Source: Octopus vulgaris (taxonomy: Eukaryota). Taken from it: a stretch of 64,000 bases of DNA. A program made the translations under genes and the position numbers. Location of the stretch: the NCBI GenBank assembly GCA_951406725.2, contig OX597819.1, forward strand, positions 26,288,001 through 26,352,000, given 5' to 3'. The notes beneath the pieces were generated by a model. The model made no database searches and was not told the DNA's origin. It was given only the letters and a program-made list of their open reading frames with translations. Numbering within the stretch: the first letter of the stretch is position 1; the number at the start of each line of letters is the position of its first letter. Shown in pieces: positions 14,821 to 27,890 of the stretch.

Positions 14821-14975
14821 TATATGTATCAACCGATGCTATTGTGCTTACGTCTCCGTAACTTAGCGGTTCGGCAAGAGAGTCCAACAAAAGAATAAGT
14901 CCTGGAGTCGATTTGCTCGACTAAAGGCTGTGCTCCAGCATGGCCACAGTCAAATGACTGAAACAAATAAAGAAG
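14642..14975 (+). mobile_element. tRNA-derived SINE family B nested in the Helitron
   Basis: Head aggcg..tagctgtgtggtaag..gggttccgtcccac (A/B-box-like), an internal TA microsatellite, and tail gctccagcatggccacagtcaaatgactgaaac. Confidence 0.85.
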
Positions 14976-15091
14976 TACATGCAGGAGGGAAAATGTTCGT
15001 ATTTAAGAATAGTTTCAATTCGACTCCCGAGAAGCAGTAAAAGTGATTACCTGATCAATGATGGGTGTTACTGCTAGTGTATATATATATA

Positions 15092-15125
15092 CTAGCTGAT
15101 GTACCCAGTAATACCCGGGAGCTGG
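15092..15125 (-). mobile_element. 3' terminus of a second Helitron
   Basis: Minus strand reads tcccgggtattactgggtacatcagCTAG|T: a subterminal hairpin plus the CTAG end. Confidence 0.5.
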
Positions 15126-15431
15126 GATATTACCAGTACCTAGTACCCATTAGAATGGGTGACTTGTACGAGACGAAAATTGAAATCAAGACATAGGACA
15201 GATAATTAAAGGCATAATCAAATTAATTCACGAAACACTTGTACTCTGTTTTTTCGTTGTTTGTAAAATAGTTCGTTTCCATGTTTTTCTTTTTGTGTTT
15301 TCATTTCTGATTGTGTTCAACGTTTTTTTTATGTCCTGTACCCATATATGCATGTATGGGTGTATATATATGTAGGTATGTACATATATGTATGTATATA
15401 TGCATATATTTATATATTATTTATATTATTT

Positions 15432-15471
<40 letters not shown>

Positions 15472-15475
15472 AAAT

Positions 15476-15556
15476 AATACGTTACATTTACTCAATAGTC
15501 AAGATAAAACTCTGAGTTTCAGATGCCGAAGTGGAAATCCACAACACCATCTCTTC

Positions 15557-15558
<2 letters not shown>
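15476..15558 (-). mobile_element. Short repeat family P2 fragment (hammerhead-like, putative Penelope pseudo-LTR)
   Basis: Homologous to 63705-63792; sits between (TA)n tracts. Confidence 0.55.
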
Positions 15559-15596
<38 letters not shown>

Positions 15597-15746
15597 GCAG
15601 GAACACGTACAATAATATACGTAAATGTGAATAATGTTATAGATGTTTATTGAATACTCATATAATACTTGGTGTACTGTTGGAATCGTTTTCACGCTGG
15701 AATGTAAAGCATTCCTTACAGCTTTACATTCGGTGATTACGTTATT

Positions 15747-16658
15747 CCAAGGTCGACTTTGACTTTCACCTTTTCGGGGCCGATAAAACAAGTACCAGAT
15801 GAGCACTGTTCCCGATATAATCAGTTGAACCTCTCATATCAAAATTTCAGATCTTGTGCCTATAGCAGAACGAAAACAAAATGAAGATGATTGATGATAT
15901 GACAGTCCTTAATGTAGGCGCGAGACCAGCAAATTTGAGTTGAAGTTGTTGAGACGATACCATCAAACGTGATACAAGACATATACTTTATGTATTCAAT
16001 CCTGGACGGTTAACGTTGACTTTGAACTCAGAACCTGTCGAGCTGGTACAAATACTGTAAGGAATTTATTCCGATTTTGCCAGTTCGCTGCATAAAAATA
16101 TCTAACTCATTACTGATTTAGATACGAGGCTAGCAAATTTGAGTGGAAGGGTTATTTGATATAATTCTATCCAGTACTTAAACGGTCCGCTTTTTAATGG
16201 GCCGCGTAAGAACAAAAGCTACTATTGACATAAACGGAATTTGAATTCAGAGTGTAAAAGACTCAGAAGAAATACCTCAAAGTATTTCTTCCATTCTTCA
16301 TTTTTCTATCTTCAGAAGTGAATACAATTTAATGGATTAGAATTTCGACACAAGGTTGGCAGTTTTTAGTGGAATGAATTAGTTGATGACATACATGCAC
16401 TCTCTCCTTACTCAACTTGTACTTAATTTATTGACCTCGAGAGGGTGAAAGGTGAAGGAGCGTGGCCTAGGGATTGGGTGTTGCACTGATGATTGTAATT
16501 TCCAGTTTCGATTACCGAAATGTCAGTGAGTTCTTAGGCAATGCACTTCATTTCATGTGACTCCAGTACATTCTGCTTTAAATGAGTAATCCTACGATAA
16601 ACTGGTATCACATTCAGGAGAAAATGTTGGCATCTCGGTCATTTATTCGTTATGGAAA
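15747..16658. mobile_element. Cluster of old, degenerate SINE family A and C copies
   Basis: ggtcgactttgactttcacctttt..aagtaccag (15751-15800); minus-strand copies with gaatttgaattcagag (~16240); family C head ggagcgtggcctagg at ~16457. Confidence 0.6.
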
Positions 16659-16980
16659 CTGTCTTTTCGATACTGGAATCAAACGGGAATGATGGGTGAA
16701 TTAGAAAGTAACTTACTTTTCCTTATCTATATTTTTTTTATGTCCAGTCTATTATTTTCAAATTTCTTGTCCGTTTGAATAGGAAAACCCCAAACAATCT
16801 TACTCTTTTACTTTCTTACTTGTTTCAGTCATTTGACTGTGGCCATGCTGGAGCACCGCCTTTAGTTGAGCAACTCTAACCCCAGGACTTATTCTTTGTA
16901 AGCATAGTACTTATTCTATCGGTCTCTTTTGCCGAACTGCTAAGTTACAGGGACGTAAACACACTAGCATCGGTTGTCAA
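16659..16980. repeat. Copy 1 of a ~320 bp local duplication (SINE B tail plus ~140 bp flank)
   Basis: Near-identical to 18347-18666 from ctgtcttttcgatactgg through catcggttgtcaa. Confidence 0.92.
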
Positions 16981-17725
16981 AGGGTCCGATAATTTGCGAA
17001 GGTAATTTTCAGGAGTCGATGAAGATGAAAGCAAAGTCAATCTTAGCAGGATTGCAACTCAGAGGGTAAGCAGTGGGATGAAAAGCTTTTATCAATTCTG
17101 TCACAAACCACTTAAGAAGAAATGCATAAATTGTTTCATTAAACGACTTTATAAGAATTAATCGAAAATTGTTCCTGTACAAACACATCATAAGGAAGTT
17201 CACAGTACAATAACATGTAAATTGTTGTAATATCACCCGTGATGATTTCACATGGAGTTAATTTTTGAGGCTTGGTTTCGAACATATTTTTTTACGTAAG
17301 ATATTTTTAGCTGTTTGTTTGCTGCTTGAAAATTATTAGCAACATTTTTAAATATTTAGTTTTTCAATTTAAAAGTGTTTGTTAACAATTATAAGTGATT
17401 TATTGTATATAGTTCCTGTTTCTTAATGTATTTGTAAGACATGTCGACTGCCTAAGAAATTATGCTCGAAGGAAACAAAATGGTTGGTTATATTTCAAAT
17501 TATACTTTTAAAAAATGAAACGAAAACAGGAATTAATAATGAATTTCAGCAGGTGGCTTCGAAACAGAGAAAATTAATTAAATTAAAAACAAATATTTTT
17601 TAAATAAAATTATTTGAAAATAAGATTGTAAAGAATATACGAATCTGATGTACAATTACATTCCCGCACTTGATATCGTAGAGTAAATCATTTGTAGCGT
17701 AACAATATTACATATTAGTTGCAGA

Positions 17726-18060
17726 GTTTCAGTCATTTGACTGCGACCATGCTGGAGCACCGCCTTTAATCGAGCAAATCGACCCCAGGACTTATTCTAT
17801 CGGGGCCTTATGCCGAACCGCTATATACGGGGACGTAAACACACCAGCATCGGTTGTAAAGCGATGTTGTTGGGACAAACACAGGCACACACACACATAT
17901 ACATATATACGACGGGCTTTTTTCAGTTTCCGTCTACCGAATCGCTCACAAGGCTTTGGTCAACCCGAGGCTATAGTAGAAGATGCCACCTGGTGTGACT
18001 GAACCCGGAACCTTGTGGTTTGGTAAGCAAGCTACTTACCACACAGCCACTCCTGCGCCT
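17726..18060 (-). mobile_element. SINE family B, near full length
   Basis: Minus-strand head aggcgcaggagtggctgtgtggtaag...ccgggttcagtc; tail ends gactgaaac. Confidence 0.88.
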
Positions 18061-18484
18061 ATATTGATAAATAGAAACTAATATTTCGTATGACTTAGGT
18101 CCAATCTTATTCCTGGTAGGATTAATATGAGTAGCAGCTGACTATCTGTAACCTTAGATATCCACAAGTTTTCACTATTACTTCAAGTACTTAGAACTCC
18201 CGTGATAATTCTTGCTGGTCTTAAGGCACAAACTTTCTGTAGGAGCTCTACAGGACATTCTATTCCAATCTCCTTCAGCCATTTTTACAGTTCTCATACT
18301 CCAAAATTTACTTATTTTAAATTTTAAAATGTTCCATTTTTTTCATCTGTCTTTTCGATACTGGGATCAAACGGGAATGATGGGTGAATTAGAAAGTAAC
18401 TTACTTTTCCTTATCTATATTTTTATGTCCAGTCTATTATTTTCAAATTTCTTGTCTGTTTGAATAGGAAAATCCCAACCAATC

Positions 18485-18880
18485 TTACTCTTTTACCCTT
18501 TTACATGTTTCAGTCATTTGACTGTGGCCATGCTGGAGCACCGCCTTTAGTCGAGAAACTCTACCCCCAGGACTTATTCTTTGTAAGCATAGTACTCATT
18601 CTATCGGTCTCTTTTGCTGAACAGTTAAGTTACGGGGACGTAAACACACCAGCATCGGTTGTCAAACGATTTAAGGAGAACAAACACAGACACACAAACA
18701 TATACACACACACATACATATATACGACGGGCGTCTTTCAATTTCCATCTACCAAATCCTCTCACAAGGCTTTAGTCGGCCCGAGGCTATAGTAGGAGAC
18801 ACTCGTCCAAGGTGCCACACTGTGGAACTGAACCCGGAACCATGTGGTCGGTAAGCAAGCTACTTACCACACACGACTCT
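18485..18880 (-). mobile_element. SINE family B (tRNA head + CORE-like ccttggacgagtgtct), near full length
   Basis: Alignment by eye to the other family B copies. Confidence 0.88.
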
Positions 18881-19593
18881 TTCGACTCAATGATTGCACC
18901 ATGTGTTTTCATCTTCAAATCCCCATTTCTGGCAAGATTTCCAGTGTAAAACTTTTACCACCTGGTCGTGCCTCCATTTCTTATATTCTTCCTATGTGAA
19001 CCTGGGGTTTTCTGTCATAATTTGTCCCACTGTGCCACAAGTCTGCTGCATCCAAAGATTATTTGGCCTATTGTCTCCGACGAAATCAACTGTGTCTCTC
19101 AAACTCTTCGATGGGATTTCGATAAAATATATATCAGTAAAATACAGAGATTGTCGATATCCAATAACCCACGTCTCATAAATTTGCTTGCTTTGTGCCT
19201 GTATCAGAAACAAAAAGATAGAATTGATTTTTTAAAAAAGAAATTATAATCAAAGATGCCAAATCTCATATGCAATATTGTGGTGTTAATTTATACATTT
19301 AGAAATTCGTTACACAATGTACATTTTACTTTCTATGTAATATTCAATTTCTCTTCTACGTTTCTTTTGGTGAAAGACTAAGAAGATATTTTTGCATTGA
19401 TTTACTTTTCGCATCATATGTATTACGAAATGTTGTATAGGTGTTTTAAATTTATCTCAGGTTTTTTTTTGCTATTTGTATTGTTGAATACTTAAACTTG
19501 ATACAAATTTTAAATGCTAGATTTTCAACTTAATAGAATTTGTATACATTTGTTTCTCTCTACTAAAATTTAACTAGAATAAAATGAGAAAAC

Positions 19594-19650
<57 letters not shown>

Positions 19651-19906
19651 TATATATATATATACATATGTATGTATATATATATATGTATATATACATT
19701 ATGTGCGTATGTATGGATGGATGTATACACAACAGAAGAAAAACTCAATAAAGTGGCGCTCAACACATTTGGTGGGAATATATATAAGACATTTGAGTCA
19801 GCTCCTTACAACTTATATTCGTAGTATCGTATAACGAATCTAACTCATCGAGCATTGCTCTCTCTCCCTCTTCATGTACACACACACATATACACATACA
19901 CATATA

Positions 19907-19964
<58 letters not shown>

Positions 19965-20662
19965 AATAATTTGTATATGCTTGTTTAATTTGTAAGATTG
20001 TATGAGTACCATGCATGCGTAAAAATTAACTCTTCAGCCCGTAGTCTTATTTGGTATTCGTTTTTGGCACTTGTGCTTTCCCCGCTTACACCATACGCAT
20101 TCATATGTACAGAGGTTATTCTTTAAATGTGATAATGACAGTGACTGTTTCTTGTTTTAAACAGTTCATAATTTAGTAAATGCAAGATAACTTTTATAGT
20201 TTTTATTAATTTGATGTGTAAAAATCTTTTGAAAAATATAATCTTTTAGAACGATGTTATTAACTAGTTATAACTTCGTAGATCTTATAAATTCAGATCA
20301 AATTATATACAAATTATTCTATTTTGCACAATTCCTGAACAAAAGTGCAAGGTACATATTCTAAAACCCTGAATGGATTTTTAAAATTCTCACGTAGTAT
20401 TTATTGTTCTTAACTAATTCAAACCACTTGGCCTGATTGAACTAACCCACCATCAATACTGTTCCTGTCATGGCCTTCACAATTTTTATTCCAATAGTCT
20501 ATCTTTGACATCGTTATCTACTGCAATCTTGTTTATTTTAGGACAACAAAAAAGGTTGTGCTGGTATTTTTACCAAAACGAGTTGCAATGTACTGACTCT
20601 CTTGAAGGATTTGATAGCTCGATGGGGCTTACTGACTTGAAGAAAATTTATGAATGCGAACC

Positions 20663-20764
<102 letters not shown>

Positions 20765-23700
20765 CTCGATAAGTGCTTAATATAAAAAGAAATTCGTCAA
20801 AACACTTTAGAACGATTTAGTATTTGAATCAGAATGCTATAATTAGTAATTAAACGCTTACTTCAGGCTTCTTCTAAAATGCATATAAAATATGTGAAAT
20901 AACACGAATATACCTATAAACATACAAATGAACCGTATTTCAAACCGGATTGATGCATATACGAAGGCACGTGGCCTAATATTTACTGCGTTGTGCTTTC
21001 GATCAAGATGGCCTGGGTTAGTTTCACGGTCTATGGAGTTTGTTGTTTACTTGAGTAAGGCATTTTATTTCAATTTACTTTAACCTATTAATCATAGCAG
21101 AACTACCAGCTGAAGGCAGGTGCAGCTCTCATTCCCAAGTCCTGTCATATCCACCATAGTGTGTCTGGTCAAATGTGAGAGAGCCTAGAATTTTGGAGGC
21201 AACAGACGTGATACCAATATATACCCGTTTGCTAATAACTGCTATGGTTATATTATGTATATTAAGGTACATAGAATGAAGGTTCTTAAAATACCTGCCT
21301 GAACTTTTACTGAGAAACCTCTGTAAATCATTTGAAAGATATTTAGCGTTAATAAATAAATAAAAAAACATTTTAAATACTTCAAAACAATAAAAAGTAA
21401 TGGAAGTAAGTCTCAATATAATCCTTTCTTTAAAACAATTAATTTGAAATATTTTTATAAAAACCGTCATTGTTCTTAGAAAATGTTCTCGCAGTGTTTA
21501 TTTTATCCTGAGTTAATATTCTGATATATTTATTTTAATATTCTTTTGATTTGGCTATTGTCTGTTTGGTTTACTATCTAACATACAAAAGACATTTTGT
21601 ATCGCGCATGTTGATGTGACCCGGGTGCAATTTCCGTGGGAGAATGCAGTCTGACATTTCAATAACGGATGAGAGTAAAGGTTTTAATACACAAGATTTC
21701 AATCACATTCAGCTGAATGCGTCTTGACACTAAACAATGCCTTTTGTCGTAAAACAATACTGTTGCAGTGAATCACAACAGCACGGAAGGAAGTTTTACA
21801 TAAAAATAATCAATAAAAATAAAAACGAATATTCAAGTCATTTTTGTTCTTGCGTAAGAGTATAAGTACATGTAAAACTATTTTCTGATTTAGAGAGATA
21901 AAACTATAACTTAATAGTATAACTTAGATTATATATTCTTATGATATTGCTGCATATAAAATATAACTTACGATATTATCACATATAACATATCACCTTA
22001 TAAAATACCTATTTGTCAGAAGTAGATAATATCAAGTGTCATCGGAATGTTACAAACATTGAACGAACACATCGCCGGCTTATATCTTCCAAATGAAAAA
22101 CTTCATCAGGATATATTAACATCGTATGAGGTAATAGTGAGAAAAAATAATACTACATATGTTTGTGATAACTGCTAAGACAAGACTACATAAAGTAGTC
22201 TTATTTGTATTGTGTAGTTCTAAAATCGTATGATGTTAAAATAAAATACATTATTTATAATATAAGAATATTTAAGTCATATGGTGTGTGTGTGTGTGTG
22301 TTTGCGTTGTGGGCGTACACATACACACACACCATGTATACACACACACCATGTATACACACACACCATGTATGGTCACAATGGTCATAATCTCTGAAAA
22401 GGCAGCTTGTTTTGAAGAAAACCTTCATAATCCAAAACGCCATTATAATAACTGCAGACTCTTTACCTCACCAACAGTTTGATTTTTGAGTGGACGGGAA
22501 GTAATGATACCAGTTTCGTAGGGTTTCATATGGATTAAGATATATAATATAGACGTCATGTCATTCCTTTTCTCTTCCAGTAATTCCAATTCTATTCAAA
22601 CATTAATATTTTGGCATCCAAAGTCCGTATTAAGCGTATTTGCATAATTCTTTCATCATAAAGTAGTTTTGTGTTTCTTTTAATGCATCGACACTAAGTA
22701 TGTACGCAGTAGCGTAATTGTTTGTTTTTTTTTCCTTTGAACGGTATTTATAAGTTATTTATTCTGAAAGCAGTTCTATTTTCCTTCACTAATTTTCTGC
22801 AAAAAATTGCATTCATTTATAAACTCCTTCATCATTTTCTTTGTACGGTGATGCTTTTATTTCCCTGATGAGGTCATAATAAAATTAAAATACGCCCAGA
22901 ATATCTGCCCTGCATATCAAAGTAATCCCAATGTTACTGATTAAACCGAACGTACTGTGGATTGAACACTAGTAAAAATATGAGCGTCACAAGCGTAGGA
23001 GAATGAAAAGGAAGTTTTTTGTATCAATTAATTTTCCGTTTCTTTAATGCAGGTGTGATTGACAGGTGCGGGAATTAAAATAATGTGTGTTTCTGAGTTT
23101 GGGAAAATAGTGAGTTGAATGCGTGAGCAAAAATTAATGTGAATGTATGAGTGTATATGATTGCTCGAAAAAGAAATTAGTGTGAGTAGAGCTGTGTTCA
23201 ATTTTTTAGGATAAGATATTTTGCTGGGTAATCATATTTTGCAGTGTTTAAATATGTGACAGTGTGTGATGAGAAGAAAAAGCAGGTGATGCGGGATTCG
23301 CAAATATGTATGCTGCGTGTAGTGTCTAGATAGAAAATGAGTGATGGGCGTAATGTTTCAGGAAAGTGGGTTGCTCTGACTACCGAAAAGAGATGTATTT
23401 AAGTAGATTGGAATTTTTTCGTGAATAAATTGTGTTGCATAATCTCCAAAACTGAGTGGTAGTTGTGCAAAAAATCGATATGATGGTCGACTGGAGACAG
23501 TGGCCCGGTGCTGTAGTGCTGCACATGCACCATATGTCCTCTGAAATATTAAACCAGCTGGTGATTCCTAACCCTATGTTCAGCTGACAGAGTTGGAATT
23601 CGATAAACAGTATGGTATACTGCTATTGAAAATTCATGTGCTCAGAAGCAGGGAGAAATTATCCAAGATGCGTAGGTAGTGACGTTATGTACGAATATGT

Positions 23701-23965
23701 ACATTGTGTTGAACTAGAAACAGAGCAAGGAGAAGGAAAAGTCATAGAATGGTGCATTGGAAATATTGGGTGGAGCAGTGACTCTTCAAAGAGAAAACGA
23801 ATTTCACTGGCTTGTGGATTCGTAGCACCATAAACTTTGTTAACTTGATTACACGTGCTTTTATATTATTTTCATTATAATTGACTTTAATTTCACCGTA
23901 AATTTACAACCGTTTAGCTTACTTAGAAATTATAGTTGTTATTTTATTGTTACAATAATTACTAA

Positions 23966-24215
23966 GGCGCTGACCTGGCAGAATCTTTAGCAGAGCGAGT
24001 AAAATCCTTAATGGCATTTCGTCTGTGTTCAAATTCTGTCAGCGTCGACTGTGCCTTTCCTTCTCTCAGACCGATAAAGTACCGCTCAGGATTGGGATCC
24101 ATGTAATCGACTTTGCTTTGCCATTATTTTTAAGGCAGAGAAGAATTTGCAGAATATTTAACCTCTCAGACAAAAATGCTAAGCGGCATTTCTGCTGGCT
24201 CTTTATTTTCTAAGT
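23966..24215 (+). mobile_element. Two degenerate SINE family A copies
   Basis: ggcgctgacctggcagaatctttagc..gttcaaattctgtcagcgtcgactgtgcctttcc. Confidence 0.6.
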
Positions 24216-26261
24216 TCATCGTTATCATTATGGAAATAAGCACTTTTTTCTTACTTACGTATGTTATTTATATTATTTTACGTTAGTTCTTAAAAGGTCA
24301 TGGAAAGACGTGCCAGCATCTGTCTTAACTAACTTGAGGAAAAAACCCGAAAATTCGTTATTAAATTCAAGAAAAATGTATACTATTTCCAAAATATAAA
24401 ATATAAAAGCATAAATCTAATAGACATCTCTTAAAATGTTATTTCCAAATGTCAATAAAAGAACAAAAATGTTGATGTCACTGAGAACATTTAAGTAGTG
24501 AAAAATCATTGTTGTAAAAAGTATAATTTTCATAACATATTTGCACTTGGACATGAGAAAGGTCATATAGGTATTAATATAATTCGTATAACACATCATT
24601 TATGTTGTTCACTAGCCTTCAAATATTGATTTATTTTGATTTTTTTTTTTACAAATCTTTATGAGTTTCGGAAATTTCAAGATTAAAATTGATGTATTTT
24701 CCACATCCATCATATGACGACAGGAATTTTTCTGTATGCCGAATCTGCAACACAGACTGGTACCCACACTAAATGGCCTCATGGTAATGATACTGAGTTG
24801 CCTCTGGCCAACACTGATCATGCAGAGCTCAAATCAACAGCTTTCAAATCATGGCAATTCTGTTTATTCCGGAGTGCCTACGGCTACGTAATCTGATGTA
24901 CTTTTTATTTACAATAATAAGGTATTGGTTAAAGGGCGTTTAGCTGACGTTTCTGACAGGTTAAGTGACCACATACAGGCTCCAGATTTTTAAGTGTGAA
25001 TTTTTAACCACCTGTATTCTATAGATATCATGTGATCTTATATCTTTTCATTTTTACCTCTTTCAATCATTGAAGTAAGTCTATGCTGAAGCTGCACCCT
25101 AAAGGGGTTTTAAACGAATAAAAAGAGCCACATACTTATTTTTAAACCCGGTAGTTATTCTATCAGTTTCTTTTGCAAATCCACTAAGTTACAAGAGACT
25201 AAATAAACCAACACCGTTTGCGAAGTGGTGTGGGTGACGCGCTCACGCACGCACACACACACAAACGCGCACACGTACACGTACACATACGTATATATAT
25301 AAATACACACACATATACACAGAAACGAACACACACATGCACATACACACAAATGCACGCAAACACATACACACAAGTGCGAACACACAATCACACACAG
25401 TTTCCGTCGACCAAATCCTCCCACATTATTTTAACTAGTTATTGTTTTAGATTTATCTTCATCGCTTACTACTTGTGTAATTTACATTACCCCCTATTTA
25501 AGAATCATATCTTAGACTTCCATTGTAGTTGTACCGATGATGTGTGTCTATAATTTAAGATTTATTGCAGTATCAGTCTTACTGCTACTTTACCTGTTAT
25601 AGTTTATAATCCCGGATTACTAGTTCCAATTATTTCTGACAGCTGTTTTTTTTTATTTTACTTATATGAATTCTTTGTAATTAATTAGTTCTTGATACTT
25701 CAAATTTTAAGATTAGCAATACAATAGCTGCCTTTTAGTTTGTGTATTTGCAAATATCTACACGCCTCCGCCACCCACCTCCACACAGAATTTTCAAAAT
25801 TATAGACGTAAACACCGAAATCCTGCCACTAACCACACATAATTTCTAACAATAAGTATAGAAGTAGCCGCAAGATACCTGCCATTAAGAATAAAGAAGT
25901 AGTGGAGTAGTAAATATCTTTACTGGATGTCATTACTATTCATCCGTGGTAAGAGAGAACAATTTCAAAATTAAATGAAATAATAGTTTATTTTTAAAAT
26001 ATTCTATTTCCTATCCTGCAAAATGAGTGCATGTATTATACAATATTTGTATTTATATTTACTTGAATGATTTCTCCAAAAACACCGTTCCTTATCAAGA
26101 TTATGTTTTCATGTCTATGTTGTGCGTTTCTGGATAATATATATCGAAATATACGCATAAATTCTTGAGACTTGCTTGCAATTTCTAGCAGGTCGAATAA
26201 TCATATAAAAGCACTCAAATTCATGAACATAAATATATATTATAAAATAAAAATAAAATAA

Positions 26262-26510
26262 ATGGGCCCTTTTAAAGCCTACCCAGGTTCATGGGACCGG
26301 TTTCCCGGTTTCCATGACGTATGTGTTCCCCAGCTGGATGGGACGCCAGTCCATCGCAGCGTTACTCATTTTTGCCAGCTGAGTGGACTGGAGCAACGTG
26401 AAATGACGTGTTTTGCTCAAGAACACAACGCGTCGCCCGGTCCAGGAATTGAAAGCACGATCTTACGATCATGGTGCTGACACCCTAGCCACTAAGCCAC
26501 GTGCCTCCAC
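26262..26510 (-). mobile_element. tRNA-derived SINE family C
   Basis: Minus strand reads gtggaggcacgtggcttagtgg (A box)..ttcaattcctgg (B box)..cttgagcaaaacac..gcgatggactggcgtcccatccag. Related degenerate heads at ~16457, ~20965 and ~29934. Confidence 0.82.
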
Positions 26511-26671
26511 AAATATATATTATAGTGATATTTAATGGCAGACGAGGCATAGCAGTATTCCTCAGTGAAATATGTGAACCCAGCCTGCCTCATATGTATA
26601 TTTCTACATACGTGTATGCGTGTGCGTATGTAGGAGGGGGGATAGAGAGAGAGAGAGAGAGAGAAGGAAAG

Positions 26672-27255
26672 AGAGGCAGACATGTGGTAAGAAGTTATCT
26701 TCTAGGATATATAGTTTCGGGTTCAGTTCGACTGCACGGTACTTAGGGCAAGTACTTTCAACTATACCATCACACAAACTGAAGCATTTTGAGTGGATTC
26801 AGTCGACAGAAATGGAAAGTAGCTTTTATGTATGTATGTATGTATGTATGTATCAATGTACGTATGTACGCATGTATGTATGTATGTAAGTATGTAGCAA
26901 TGTATGTATGTATGTACGTATGTACGTATGTATGTATGTATGTACGTAAGTATGTATGTATGTACGTAAGTATTTATGTATGTATGTATGTATGTATGTA
27001 TGTATGTATGTATGTATGTATGTATGTATGTATGTATGTATGTATGTATGAATGTGTGTTTGTGTTTCTCTCCGACACCACTAGACAAACGGTGTTCGCA
27101 TGTCTACGTCTCCATAGGTTGGCGTTAGATTACGTACCGATAGAATAAGAACCAGATTACAAAAAGTGGAAAAAAATACCATAATTGCCGGAGAGCAATT
27201 AGTTTGACTAAATGCTCCAAGGTGGTACCCTAGTAAGGCTGCAGTCTGACTGAGT
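26672..27255 (+). mobile_element. Degenerate SINE family B with an internal ~230 bp (TATG)n expansion
   Basis: gtggtaagaag..cgggttcagttcgactgc..gggcaagt head; (TATG)n at 26828-27050; tail aaggtggtaccctagtaaggctgcagtc..gactga. Confidence 0.7.
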
Positions 27256-27691
27256 AAATAATATATGTTTACATGCTCACATACATGCATACGCACCTAC
27301 GCACGTACCTGCGTATGTGTGTGCGTATGTGTATAGTATTCTTCGCGTGTGTGTATACATGCATGTAGATATATGTATACATATATTCAACCTATCTATA
27401 TATGTACTATACATATGTGTGTGTGTGTGTGTGTGTATGTGTGTGTGTGTGTGTGTGTGAGGTGTATTGTGTAGCTTCTGTAGATTGGTCTACATTTGTG
27501 GGTTATGATTTATATTTGGAATAAATTTGAAAGAGCAGATCTAATATTTGTCTCTGTATTGTTAAATTCCTGATACTATATTGGCGATTCATTCATTTTG
27601 TACATTTACACCTGCTAAAGCTGAATTATGTCTCAATATATTTATAAGCAACTGCAAAGTATACATCTATGTTTCAACTTTAATATCATTC

Positions 27692-27890
27692 TGACGTCAT
27701 CAGAAATTTCTGGGAAATATCAGGACATAACAAATAGAAGAAAAATCACACGTTAATCGTAAATGTTATTGGCTACAGGCATCAGAAAGAAAATGATCAA
27801 TAAAATGTGCCTTATCACTTCTTTAACAGTAGGCTATCAGTGGTGACGTGGGTATAAAAAGGTGGCTCGATTTGGCAGGAAAATAGTCTG
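27692..27890 (+). promoter_or_regulatory. Candidate TATA-containing Pol II promoter
   Basis: CRE TGACGTCA at 27692, inverted CCAAT (ATTGG) at 27768, TGACGTGG at 27844, TATAAAAAG at 27853, and Inr-like TAGTCT about 31 bp downstream, all in non-repetitive sequence. Confidence 0.3.

Larger units (their letters stand above)
13605..15077 (+). mobile_element. Internally deleted Helitron carrying a helicase remnant
   Basis: 5' end TCTATATATATAAAA at 13605; 3' end ...gttactgCTAG|T at 15077, similar to the ends of the Helitrons at 29514 and 52419. Contains a Pif1 remnant, internal subrepeats and a nested SINE. Confidence 0.75.

Noticed and set aside
22864-22900. CTGATGAG as a hammerhead core
   Set aside because: No downstream stem II/GAAA/stem III arrangement.
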